Assembly: GCA_002308915.1 (NCBI GenBank)
Contig: DBWI01000028.1
Span: forward strand, 1-59,553
From: Christensenella sp. UBA1242
GTDB taxonomy: Bacteria; Bacillota; Clostridia; Christensenellales; UBA1242
Direction: 5' to 3'
Length of the DNA stretch: 59,553 nucleotides
Shown here in pieces: positions 1-8,748 of the stretch. The notes under the pieces are model-generated. The model made no database searches. It was given only the letters and a program-made list of their open reading frames with translations, and was not told the origin of the DNA. Position 1 is the stretch's first letter; every line of letters begins with the position of its first letter. A program made the position numbers and the translations under genes.

Positions 1-37
1 TTTTATATATTATATATAAAAATTTGCAAAATTGTTA

Positions 38-73
38 AAAAAAATCCCCAGAAATGTTCTGAGAATTTTTTTT
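38..73 (-). terminator. Rho-independent terminator of the TasA-like operon
   Basis: Minus strand TTCTCAGAA-cat-TTCTGGGGA (G-U pairs) followed by a T run, about 20 nt after the stop of 95..868. Confidence 0.7.
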
Positions 74-94
74 GATTACTTTTTTACTTTATCA

Positions 95-868
95 TTAAGC
101 TTCTGAGCCTGGTGTACAACCAAGTGTCATTTCAAGTTTGAAACCACCAAGATTTGCTGCTGTTGCATTTTCACTTGTAACATTTTCATGTTCACCGTTT
201 ACATAAACATAAACATCAATTGTGTATACAGTGTCAAGTGCAACTGCGCTACTTATAACTGCATTAGGTGTATTTTTTACTCCGTTACTATTTACATTTT
301 CGAAGTCAATTGCTGTGCTTCCACAAACAACCAAACAGCTTATTGCTGGCAAAAATACATTGCTAACTCCTGCGTTTGCTGTTGCTGTTAAACCAGTAAC
401 CATCAAATTTGTTGCAGGAAGAGCTGTTGTTGGTGTTAAACCAACATAGAATGTATATTTTACAACATAGTCATCAAGGTCAGCTGTTGCAACTGCAGTG
501 TATTCATTATCTTTTGCATCTGCATCATCATAATCTTCGCCTCTTGCAGTTTCCCATCTTGTATTCCCAGTTGTTGGGTCACTTCCTGTTTCTCTGTATC
601 TTACAGGCAAAACTTCTGCGTCTGATGCTGTTGCTGTAACTGTAATAGCTGTTCCAAGGTCATCAACATCTGTGATTGGAGTTGCTGACTCTTTGATTAC
701 AAGATATGTTGTATCGTTCTTTACTGTAACTTGCATGTTTGATGCTGTAACACTTCTGTTAACAGCAAACCATGCATATGTTGATGTTCCGGCAACTGCC
801 AATGCAATAACCAATGTTAATAGTGACAAAAGTAAACCTCTTCTTGATACTTTATTCTTTTTAGGCAT
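95..868 (-). CDS. SipW-type signal peptide protein (TasA/CalY-like fibre subunit)
   Basis: Basic N-terminus and hydrophobic stretch ending in GTSTYAWF, the SipW-cognate signal peptide pattern; Thr/Ala-rich mature part; paralog of 904..1650; GGAGGG RBS. Confidence 0.75.
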   Translation of the reverse strand: MPKKNKVSRRGLLLSLLTLVIALAVAGTSTYAWFAVNRSVTASNMQVTVKNDTTYLVIKESATPITDVDDLGTAITVTATASDAEVLPVRYRETGSDPTTGNTRWETARGEDYDDADAKDNEYTAVATADLDDYVVKYTFYVGLTPTTALPATNLMVTGLTATANAGVSNVFLPAISCLVVCGSTAIDFENVNSNGVKNTPNAVISSAVALDTVYTIDVYVYVNGEHENVTSENATAANLGGFKLEMTLGCTPGSEA

Positions 869-903
869 ACTCTATCCCTCCATTTTATCTACTTAAGATA
901 TTA

Positions 904-1650
904 TTAAGCTGCTGCTTCACAAGTAAGTGTCATTGATACTGTGAATGAACCAAGAGCTTCTGCTGCTGCATTTGAACTCTTTACACTTGTGTTATCACCA
1001 TTTACATATACCCAAGCATCAATTGTGTATACAGTATTTTTATTAACTGTTGTACTTAAAATTGCACTAGGTGTATTTTTTACTGTGTTAGTATTTATAT
1101 CTTCAAAGTCAACAGTAGTTCCATCAGTACCACTACATGATAAAACAACACTTATTGCTCCCAAGAATGTGCTATTAGCTGTTCCTACTGCTGCTGTTAA
1201 AGCTGTAACTTTTAAGTTTGCTTGATTTTCAGCTGTTGTTGATGTTAAACCAACATAGAACACATAGTGAACTGCATATTGTGCAACATTAGCTTCTGCA
1301 ACTGCTGTATAACCGCCAGAAGCTGTTCCATCGTTATAACCTGCACCTGAAGCATATTCCCACTTTGTTGCGCCTGTGCCCTCTGGATTATATCTTACTG
1401 GTAAAACTGCTGCATTTGATGCTGTTGCTTCAGCTGATGTTGATGTTCCAATTGCATCAACGTTTGCAGGTTCTGATGCTGCTGTACCAATAACCAAATA
1501 TGTTGTATCTGATTTTAATGTAACTTGCATGTTTGTTGCTGTAACGCTTCTGTTAGTAATAAACCATGCATAAGTTGATGTTGCAGTAACTGCTACTGCC
1601 ATGAGTAATGTTAATAATGATAAAAGTAATCCTTTCTTTGCTTTTTTCAT
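904..1650 (-). CDS. SipW-type signal peptide protein (TasA/CalY-like fibre subunit)
   Basis: MKKAKKGLLLSLLTLLMAVAVTATSTYAWF; shares NRSVTAxNMQVT, VLPVRY, FYVGLT and VYVNG blocks with 95..868; AGGAG RBS. Confidence 0.75.
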   Translation of the reverse strand: MKKAKKGLLLSLLTLLMAVAVTATSTYAWFITNRSVTATNMQVTLKSDTTYLVIGTAASEPANVDAIGTSTSAEATASNAAVLPVRYNPEGTGATKWEYASGAGYNDGTASGGYTAVAEANVAQYAVHYVFYVGLTSTTAENQANLKVTALTAAVGTANSTFLGAISVVLSCSGTDGTTVDFEDINTNTVKNTPSAILSTTVNKNTVYTIDAWVYVNGDNTSVKSSNAAAEALGSFTVSMTLTCEAAA

Positions 1651-1697
1651 AATTTTTATTCTCCTTTTTGTTTTTTCTTATTTTTGGGATAGTAGTT

Positions 1698-2426
1698 TTA
1701 GTCCTCGCCTTCAATAATTCTGAATGTCATTGAAATTTCAAGATTTCCACCAACAATGGCGTCTGTGCAATCGGCATCCCAACCTTCTATCCAAATTACT
1801 ACTGTGTACTTTTGGATTTGTTCAAGTTCCATAACTTTTTGATTGACCACGCTGAAGTAATCATCCGTGAAAGGAATTGTTGAGTATGCTTTCTTTATGG
1901 CACTTTCGTTATCTTCAAGAGTTTCTGGCGTTCCGTCGTTCTTTGGACGAGCATAAATAACTGGCTCTTCGTCATCAACAAGAATCATAATTCGAACTGC
2001 ATTTACAATGCCTTTTGATTGTCGCTCTATGGTTAATGTTGCCGAATAACTTATTGAAACATCAGATGTGTTCTTTAGGTAAAAGGAATATGCAAAGTAC
2101 ATATTGCTTTTACGATCGGACTTTAGGCCATCCCCTTCTCGTATATCTTCTGGGATATAAAAGTAAGTGGAATCTCTAATGTCCTTGATCCCTTCTGCTG
2201 CGAGCATTGTGCTTGCATCAGCGGCGGCAAACTCTCCGGTTTCACTAAGAGAAAGCGAACGTTTGATAATTTCGTCAATTGAAACGACCATATCTCCAAC
2301 GCTGTTGCCATAGTAACTCAACCCGGATAAGATAACAATCAAAATTCCAGTGATAACAAGGATAAATCCAGATACTTTTTTTAGGAATAGTCGTAATGGC
2401 CAAGGTTTTAATAACTTTTGTAACAT
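1698..2426 (-). CDS. Membrane-anchored protein, probable distant TasA-like family member
   Basis: Start moved to ATG 2426 after AGGAGGAGGAG; one N-terminal TM segment; YSFYLKN...VRIMI...VVIWIEGWD C-terminal pattern parallels the two downstream proteins. Confidence 0.6.
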   Translation of the reverse strand: MLQKLLKPWPLRLFLKKVSGFILVITGILIVILSGLSYYGNSVGDMVVSIDEIIKRSLSLSETGEFAAADASTMLAAEGIKDIRDSTYFYIPEDIREGDGLKSDRKSNMYFAYSFYLKNTSDVSISYSATLTIERQSKGIVNAVRIMILVDDEEPVIYARPKNDGTPETLEDNESAIKKAYSTIPFTDDYFSVVNQKVMELEQIQKYTVVIWIEGWDADCTDAIVGGNLEISMTFRIIEGED

Positions 2427-2442
2427 TCTCCTCCTCCTAAGA

Positions 2443-2484
2443 TAAAAAAAAACCACAACGACAATCACACTGTCGGTTGCGGTA
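2443..2484 (-). terminator. Riboswitch-controlled intrinsic terminator (expression platform)
   Basis: ACCGCAAC(C)GACAGT-gtg-ATTGTCGTTGTGGT plus a T run; its 5' arm overlaps the last nucleotides of the aptamer. Confidence 0.75.
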
Positions 2485-2547
2485 ACTGGCTATCTCCTTG
2501 AGACCCTCTAGTTTTGCGTCCTTACCTCACGATAAGTTTGCCTTTAA
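2478..2547 (-). ncRNA. Cyclic di-GMP-I (GEMM) riboswitch
   Basis: Minus strand GGCAAAC-TTATC-GTGA-GGTAAG-GACGCAAAAC...GGGTCT...GATAGCCAGTTACCG matches the class I hallmarks (GGCAAAC, GNRA loop, GACGCAAA, GTTACC). Confidence 0.92.
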
Positions 2548-2625
2548 CACACATATCTTGAAAATTTCAAAACATGTCAATTATTGAATCGTAACTTGCG
2601 CTACCTCCTTCTAATAATTGGCTAT

Positions 2626-2654
2626 ATGTTAACACACAAAAAAGCGTTTGTCAA
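2626..2654 (-). promoter_or_regulatory. Sigma-A-type promoter for the riboswitch leader
   Basis: TTGACA-17 nt-TAACAT with a TG extension, about 80 nt upstream of the aptamer. Confidence 0.6.
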
Positions 2655-2791
2655 CATTTTTATGCAAAATTTGTCAAAATTTTTTATTGATGTTATTTTG
2701 CGTGCTTTTTTGCCTATATAATATATATTATAATAATTGGGTTTTTGTGCATAAATTCATAAAATTTATTGCAAAATTTTTTTTGAGTGTT

Positions 2792-3340
2792 TTACAAATC
2801 TTTTTCTGCTTCAAAACAAAGTTTTGGGATTTGGTACACTTCACAGTTCTTGAGTGGTGGCACATTTGCATCAGTGCTGATGCCATTGACATACTTGAAT
2901 ATTGCAACATACACTCCACCATGAGAAACAATTAAAACATTTTTGTTTGTGGCTTGAATATCTTTGACCGCAGACATAACACGAGCACTAAATTCGGAAT
3001 GAGTTTCGGCACCATATTCTTTTGGATTTGTTATTCCGTTAGAAAAAACCTTTTCTTTTTCTTCTTTGAACAGTTTGCCTTGCTTGTTGCCAACATTATA
3101 TTCCTTTAGTCTGTCATCTGTGATAATTGGCACATTGTGGTGTTTGTTGATGATTTGTGCTGTTTTGTATGCCCTTGAAAGTGGTGAGCAATAGATTACA
3201 TCAAAATTATAGTCCTTTAGAACTTCACTTGCCTTGTGTGCTTGCCTAATGCCATTGGCGTTTAGTGGAATATCCAACCAGCCTTGCATTCTGCCCTGCT
3301 TGTTGTAATCTGTTTCGCCATGTCTTACAAAATATATCAT
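2792..3340 (-). CDS. Histidine phosphatase (phosphoglycerate mutase-like) family protein
   Basis: FVRHGET, CSPLSRAYKTA and LIVSHGG motifs. Confidence 0.9.
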   Translation of the reverse strand: MIYFVRHGETDYNKQGRMQGWLDIPLNANGIRQAHKASEVLKDYNFDVIYCSPLSRAYKTAQIINKHHNVPIITDDRLKEYNVGNKQGKLFKEEKEKVFSNGITNPKEYGAETHSEFSARVMSAVKDIQATNKNVLIVSHGGVYVAIFKYVNGISTDANVPPLKNCEVYQIPKLCFEAEKDL

Positions 3341-3460
3341 GCTTGACCCCTACAATTTATGTTATCATAGTTATTATTTTTTTTCAACAAAAAATCATTG
3401 TTGCATTTTGATAAAAAATAACATATACTTATAACAAAATTAAAAATAAAGGAAAAAACT

Positions 3461-4156
3461 ATGGAAGAAATTTTTGGCTCAATGAGTATTCTTGATGGAA
3501 CACTTGACATTTGGAAAATTTTGATAAGACTTGGCTTTGCAATTGTTGCAGGTCTTGTGATTGGAATTGACAGCAACAACAGATTGAAAGATGCTGGAAT
3601 AAAAACTCATACTTTGCTTTGCATGACTGCTTGTCTGCTTATGATTATCTCAAAATATGGTTTTTATGAGTTAAGCAAGTTTGAAGGAATACAATATGAT
3701 GCATCTCGTGTTGCTTCAACAATTATTTCGGGACTTTGCTTTATTGGCGCAGGAATGGTGTTCTATAAACAAAATTCTGTAAAAGGTTTGACAACTGCCG
3801 TTGCTCTTTGTTTGACAATTGCAATTGGTATGTGTTTTGGCTCTGGCTTGATTATTACTGCATGCATTGTTACTGCTGTTGACCTTGTTATTCAATTTAT
3901 TTTACACAGAACAAAAGGACCTTTTAAGAACAAAAAACTAATTGTGTTGAATGCAAAATTTTATGCAGAAGATGGCTACATTGAAAAATTCAAAAAGATA
4001 TTTGAAATTGACCACTTTGACCACTTTAAGATTGTTAAAGAAAATGACAAGTCAATTATTGAAGTTGAATTTGTGTATAAAATCAAAATTTCTAGCGAAG
4101 AAATATTTGAAATAACAAAAAATGAACCACAAATCATTATGATTGAAAAAAATTAA
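3461..4156 (+). CDS. MgtC/SapB family membrane protein
   Basis: AGIKTH, DASRVASTIISGLCFIGAG and VKGLTTA motifs; several TM helices. Confidence 0.88.
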   Translation: MEEIFGSMSILDGTLDIWKILIRLGFAIVAGLVIGIDSNNRLKDAGIKTHTLLCMTACLLMIISKYGFYELSKFEGIQYDASRVASTIISGLCFIGAGMVFYKQNSVKGLTTAVALCLTIAIGMCFGSGLIITACIVTAVDLVIQFILHRTKGPFKNKKLIVLNAKFYAEDGYIEKFKKIFEIDHFDHFKIVKENDKSIIEVEFVYKIKISSEEIFEITKNEPQIIMIEKN

Positions 4157-4166
4157 ACAATTCAAT

Positions 4167-4202
4167 ACACAACAAAAAGCAGAGCAAGTGCTCTGTTTTT
4201 TT
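4167..4202 (+). terminator. Intrinsic terminator, CAGAGC family copy 1
   Basis: AAAAGCAGAGC-aagt-GCTCTGTTTTTTT just after the MgtC-family stop. Confidence 0.75.
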
Positions 4203-4297
4203 ATATTATATATAATAAAAATATTTGACTTATTAAATGAAAGGTAGTAAATTATGAGTGTATTGAAAAAATACAAAATTAAAAAAAAGGAGAAAAT

Positions 4298-5926
4298 ATG
4301 AAAAAATTTATTAAAAATTTGTTGATTGCACTTATTTTGGTGCCAGCACTATTCCTTGTTACTGCTTGTGGTGAAAACAACACAAACTCTGGCAATAACA
4401 CCGATGGCGGTGGTGATGGTGGCAACGGTAATGGTACTAACATTACACAAACAGAACAACAAAAATATGAAGTTCTTCTTGCTACTATTGGTAAAATGAC
4501 ACAAAAAGGCAGTTATACAACGGTTAGTCTTTCGGAAGACAACTCAACAACCACAAGAACTATACAAACTTTAAATGATGGTGAATGGGAAACTGTTGGA
4601 GAACCAAACGTTGATACCTACAACGAAAAATCAAAAAATGTTCAATCACTTAATGCTGAAACAGGCGAATATTTGGAAAACTCATATGAGTATGTTGAAG
4701 CAACTAATGAGACACCTGAATCTTGGGAACTCAATCTTGAAGATGGTGAATACATTGTAAAAGCAGGAACTGCTGAACAACCTTTGTATATTCACTACTA
4801 TGAATATTATGGTGATATGCAAGCAGAATATGTATCCCCTGACCATGCAATACATGCCTTTGGTTTTGCTTCTGCAAACATGGATATGAGTTCAATGGTT
4901 AATGGTGAAACATTTGCTAAAGCTGTTGAAAACATATTAACTGTTGTCCCTATGTTTACTGGCATGTCACGTATGGGAATTTCAGAAGACACTCATGTTA
5001 TTGTAACAACACCAACATCAGCTATTACAGTAAATGATGGTAATTATTCTTTGCAAATTGATATCACAATATCAGCAACTCCAAAAGCACCTCAACAGAT
5101 TGCACTAAATGTTCCAGCTACTGCAACACAAAGTACTACAGTAGAAGGCTCACTTGAATTTGCTATTACATATACAAGTGAAGAGATTACAGGATATAGC
5201 TCATCAATGCAAATGAATTCTACAACTGTAACAGAAACAGAAACATCAAAATCAACTATTGCAAGACAATCATCCAATTATGAAAATGCACAAATTACAT
5301 ATTCTTACACTGCAACAGAAATGCCAAATGACTTTGGCTCTTTGGGTGATGAAATAGAAAAAAGACTTGTTTATGCACAGCTTTATCTTGATGGAGAATC
5401 ACTTGTTGGAAATGGTTATCCTTGGGGCGAAGATGTAACAACAGACATTCTTTCAGCTTTGGAACAAGCAAATGATTATTATGCTTATGAAAATACAACT
5501 ATTGATGGTTGGTACTACGATGCAGCTTGCACACAAAGAGTTCAAGCAACAGATACATTCAACTTTAAATCATGGGAAAACCCTAAGCTTTATGCTAAAT
5601 CTGTTCCAAATGAAGGATATGCCCTATTTGTTATTAACTATGGCTATACACTTGGTGAACAAGATGCAGAAATGGCTAGAATGATTGGCGAAGATGTTGC
5701 TGAAGATGGTTTTATGTCAATGCAATCAAATTCATATGCAGTTGCAGTTGAAACAGGAAGCTTTGAATTGCCTACAACTTATAGAATTTGGGGTGAAACT
5801 TTGAATGTTTTAAAAGTTACTATTGATAGAGTAGTTGCAACAGAAAACCTTACAAACCTTGAAGATGGACATGTTTATCATATAAACGTATATCTTGAAG
5901 TTGATGAAGATACATTTTTGAAATAA
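4298..5926 (+). CDS. Acidic lipoprotein of unknown function (possible InlB B-repeat-like segment)
   Basis: Lipobox VTAC, Gly/Asn linker, IDGWYYDAACT...LYAK segment; AGGAG RBS. Confidence 0.65.
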   Translation: MKKFIKNLLIALILVPALFLVTACGENNTNSGNNTDGGGDGGNGNGTNITQTEQQKYEVLLATIGKMTQKGSYTTVSLSEDNSTTTRTIQTLNDGEWETVGEPNVDTYNEKSKNVQSLNAETGEYLENSYEYVEATNETPESWELNLEDGEYIVKAGTAEQPLYIHYYEYYGDMQAEYVSPDHAIHAFGFASANMDMSSMVNGETFAKAVENILTVVPMFTGMSRMGISEDTHVIVTTPTSAITVNDGNYSLQIDITISATPKAPQQIALNVPATATQSTTVEGSLEFAITYTSEEITGYSSSMQMNSTTVTETETSKSTIARQSSNYENAQITYSYTATEMPNDFGSLGDEIEKRLVYAQLYLDGESLVGNGYPWGEDVTTDILSALEQANDYYAYENTTIDGWYYDAACTQRVQATDTFNFKSWENPKLYAKSVPNEGYALFVINYGYTLGEQDAEMARMIGEDVAEDGFMSMQSNSYAVAVETGSFELPTTYRIWGETLNVLKVTIDRVVATENLTNLEDGHVYHINVYLEVDEDTFLK

Positions 5927-5930
5927 TAGT

Positions 5931-5967
5931 CACAAAACAAAAAACAGAGCGTGTGCTCTGTTTTTTT
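5931..5967 (+). terminator. Intrinsic bidirectional terminator, CAGAGC family copy 2
   Basis: AAAAAACAGAGC-gtgt-GCTCTGTTTTTTT between convergent genes. Confidence 0.8.
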
Positions 5968-5975
5968 GTATGTTT

Positions 5976-6533
5976 TTAGTTTTGCAAATTGTTGTCTTTT
6001 TCAAAAAACTTTGTGGTTTTTGCTATGTATTCCAATCGTTTTTTGTTGTATAAAGGGTTGTGCGCCAACGCATCACATTTTTGCACTTCAAATATTTTTT
6101 TTGACAAAGATGGATTGTTGGCTATGTCTTGCTCTGTTAATGGTGTGTCGTGCAAGGATATTATTTTGCAAATATATTCAACAAAACTTTTTTTGTAACC
6201 CAACCTTGTCAAAACGCTTTGTGCAATTTGGGCAGAAACTTGTGGATGCCCTGCAAAGTGCCTTATCCCCTCACTTTCTTGACAAGAACTTGGCTTACCT
6301 ATGTCGTGCATTAGTAATGCCAACCTTACATCAAAATCATTTGATGACAAACTTAAGGCATAAAGTGTGTGTTGCCACACATCCAAATGATGATGTGGAT
6401 GTTTGTGCTCAAAACCAATCATTGGAAAAATTTCTGGTATTATTTTGATAATATCATCCAAATTTTGATTAATACTTGCAACAACATCGTCACAAGATAG
6501 TATTTTTTGAATAAATTCCATGTCCCTATTCAT
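5976..6533 (-). CDS. HD-domain protein (similar to the HD region of CCA-adding enzymes)
   Basis: HHHLDVWQHTL, LLMHDIGKP, HFAGHPQVSA and LHD motifs; likely start ATG 6533 (6521 is an alternative). Confidence 0.8.
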   Translation of the reverse strand: MNRDMEFIQKILSCDDVVASINQNLDDIIKIIPEIFPMIGFEHKHPHHHLDVWQHTLYALSLSSNDFDVRLALLMHDIGKPSSCQESEGIRHFAGHPQVSAQIAQSVLTRLGYKKSFVEYICKIISLHDTPLTEQDIANNPSLSKKIFEVQKCDALAHNPLYNKKRLEYIAKTTKFFEKDNNLQN

Positions 6534-6633
6534 GGCAATAGAATAACACAAAACAAATTGTGATGTCTATAATTTGATATTCATTTTATTGCTTACAAAA
6601 ACAAGTTGTGTTATACTACAAAAAAGGATTTTT

Positions 6634-7314
6634 ATGAATAATATCGAAAAACTAACAAATGTTTTGTTATCAAATAATGCAAAAGACAATTTTTATAAAT
6701 TGATTGAAGATGCAAACTTTGAAAATTGGCTAACAAGTTTGATTCCAGAAATTGCAGATTGTCACGCTTGCGAACAAAACACACCTTGGCATATATATAA
6801 TGTGCTTGACCATATTTTGATGTCTGTTGAAAAAATAAACGAGTTATCACAAGGTTTTGATGCTAAAAAAAGAAAAATTTTGGCATATACAATGTTTTTT
6901 CACGATATTGGCAAACCAAAGTGCAAAATAATTAAAAAAGTTGGCGACAAGTTTTTTGACTCATTCCCTGCCCACCAAGTTGAAAGCAAAGAAATTGCAC
7001 AAAGAGTTTTGCCTGAACTAAAGTTTGACGAAAAAGATATTGAACATATTGCTTTATTGATTGAAAATCACGATATTTTTATTACAATTACCAAAAATCC
7101 AATAAAAAATTATCAAAAAAAGTTTTCAAAAGAATTGATTGAAAGTTTAATACAACATTTTAACAAATACGGAAATGGAAAAAATATCCTAGAAGAAATT
7201 GTTTTGATTTCCACTGCAGATAACAAAGCTCAAAATCCAGAACTAACAAAAGATTCACTTGAAATTTTGCAAGAAACAAAAAATATTTTGGATTCAAAAC
7301 AAAAGTTATTATAA
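6634..7314 (+). CDS. HD-domain protein
   Basis: QNTPWHIYNVLDHI, FFHDIGKP, FPAHQVES and NHD motifs; start ATG 6634 after AAGGA. Confidence 0.8.
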   Translation: MNNIEKLTNVLLSNNAKDNFYKLIEDANFENWLTSLIPEIADCHACEQNTPWHIYNVLDHILMSVEKINELSQGFDAKKRKILAYTMFFHDIGKPKCKIIKKVGDKFFDSFPAHQVESKEIAQRVLPELKFDEKDIEHIALLIENHDIFITITKNPIKNYQKKFSKELIESLIQHFNKYGNGKNILEEIVLISTADNKAQNPELTKDSLEILQETKNILDSKQKLL

Positions 7315-7315
7315 A

Positions 7316-7350
7316 ACAACACAAAAACAGAGCTTTTGCCCTGTTTTTTT
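7316..7350 (+). terminator. Intrinsic terminator, CAGAGC family copy 3
   Basis: AAAAACAGAGC-tttt-GCCCTGTTTTTTT with one mismatch in the stem. Confidence 0.65.
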
Positions 7351-7419
7351 ATTTATTTTTTCAAAAAATAGTTGATTTTTTTGTTTACAAAATTATAAAA
7401 TAATTTTTGGAGGTAAAAT

Positions 7420-7854
7420 ATGAAAAAATTTCTAGCTTCTTTTGCAATTATAATGATTGCCGTTATGTCTTTGGTTATGACAGGATGTTTTGAGGGATCT
7501 TATGATCCAAATACAATGCAATCTGGACTTAAAGACAAAGGATATACAGTTGAAGTTAATGCAGTAATTGACGGACTTGATGTTAGTAATATGGATGGTT
7601 ATATATCAAATCTCTATGCTTACAAAACTGTTGACGGTGAAGAATATGGAATTTTGATTCTTGTTTTTGATTCCACAGCAAACGCTGACAAAGTAGGCTC
7701 AACAAGTGGAAGCACAGCAACAGAAACAATGTCACTTTTGATGGACTGGGGAAGACAACATGCTCCAGAAACAGATTCAAGTGTTTATGGTACAGCAAAT
7801 AACATTGTTTGGGCTGGATGTCAAGATGCTAAAAAAGCTGCAGGCATTCAATAA
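7420..7854 (+). CDS. Small lipoprotein of unknown function
   Basis: Signal peptide with MTGC lipobox; GGAGG RBS. Confidence 0.7.
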   Translation: MKKFLASFAIIMIAVMSLVMTGCFEGSYDPNTMQSGLKDKGYTVEVNAVIDGLDVSNMDGYISNLYAYKTVDGEEYGILILVFDSTANADKVGSTSGSTATETMSLLMDWGRQHAPETDSSVYGTANNIVWAGCQDAKKAAGIQ

Positions 7855-7875
7855 AATCCATAAATTAAACAAAAT

Positions 7876-7908
7876 AAAAATGGCTTAGCAAATTGCTAAG
7901 TCTTTTTT
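7876..7908. terminator. Bidirectional terminator
   Basis: GGCTTAGCA-aat-TGCTAAGTC flanked by A and T runs between convergent genes. Confidence 0.7.
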
Positions 7909-7924
7909 ATTTGTACAGAATTTG

Positions 7925-8500
7925 TTATTGCTTGTTATTGTTTATACTATTTTCAAGTTCATTTACCAATTGTGGGAATTTTTGTTTGCAAAATTGATAA
8001 ATTGGTTTGTCTTTTTTTTCAAAAATATGAAACTTAATCAATCTGTTTTTGATGTGTTCATTGATTGCTTTTTGATAATCTTCATCCAAGCTGTATGGCT
8101 TAAAATCTAACCTTCCTTCCTTGATTAGTTCTTGCAAATATTGGTATAAATCTTTAATTTCTGTGCATTTGATGACTTTGACAGGTTGTTCGCTAACAAC
8201 TTCGCCCTTAAAACTTGTTTGACCTTCTTTGAATGTTGTTACATCAACTTCATAAATATAACAAGTTTGGCCTTCAAATCTACGCTTTAAAGCATCTTTG
8301 TATGCTTCGTAAAAAAATGGCTTACCACCTTTAATTCCATACATCCCATCAAAATTACCATTGCTTTTTTTTGTGCCAAAAAGCAAAGCAAATGCCAAAT
8401 GCTGAGTTGCATATACATATGGCTTACCATGAGATGATACTCTTGGCTCCAAAACTTTTATATTGGGCTCAACTGAAACATGATATAACTTATCAAACAT
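7925..8500 (-). CDS. Hypothetical protein, possible ADP-ribosyltransferase fold
   Basis: LYHVS...LEPR...VYAT...YIYEV...EVVSEQPV, an H-Y-E-like spacing; AAGGGG RBS. Confidence 0.55.
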   Translation of the reverse strand: MFDKLYHVSVEPNIKVLEPRVSSHGKPYVYATQHLAFALLFGTKKSNGNFDGMYGIKGGKPFFYEAYKDALKRRFEGQTCYIYEVDVTTFKEGQTSFKGEVVSEQPVKVIKCTEIKDLYQYLQELIKEGRLDFKPYSLDEDYQKAINEHIKNRLIKFHIFEKKDKPIYQFCKQKFPQLVNELENSINNNKQ

Positions 8501-8559
8501 ATTATCCCCTTACTTTTTTAGTATAACACATCAAATGCATATCTGCATCAATTTTTAAC

Positions 8560-8598
8560 AAAAAAATAAGCAGAGTTTATGCTCTACTCTGCTTATTT
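8560..8598 (-). terminator. Terminator attached to the orphan ftsW 3' end
   Basis: AAATAAGCAGAGT-agagcataa-ACTCTGCTTATTT plus a T run, overlapping the fragment's stop codon. Confidence 0.75.
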
Positions 8599-8709
8599 AC
8601 ATTCAACACCACCCCTATTGCACTCATAAACACAACAAGTGAAGTGCTGCCTGCCGAAATAAATGGAAGTGGCACACCAGTTGGTGGTACGCTTGCAAAA
8701 ATGACTCAT
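8577..8709 (-). pseudogene. ftsW: Orphan duplicate of the ftsW 3' end
   Basis: Translates ASVPPTGVPLPFISAGSTSLVVFMSAIGVVLNVNKQSRA*, identical to the FtsW C-terminus up to KQS; 8585-8697 aligns to 10046-10158. Confidence 0.9.
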
Positions 8710-8748
8710 CAGTGTCCTTTAATTATTAAGTTATATTACGAAAAATTA

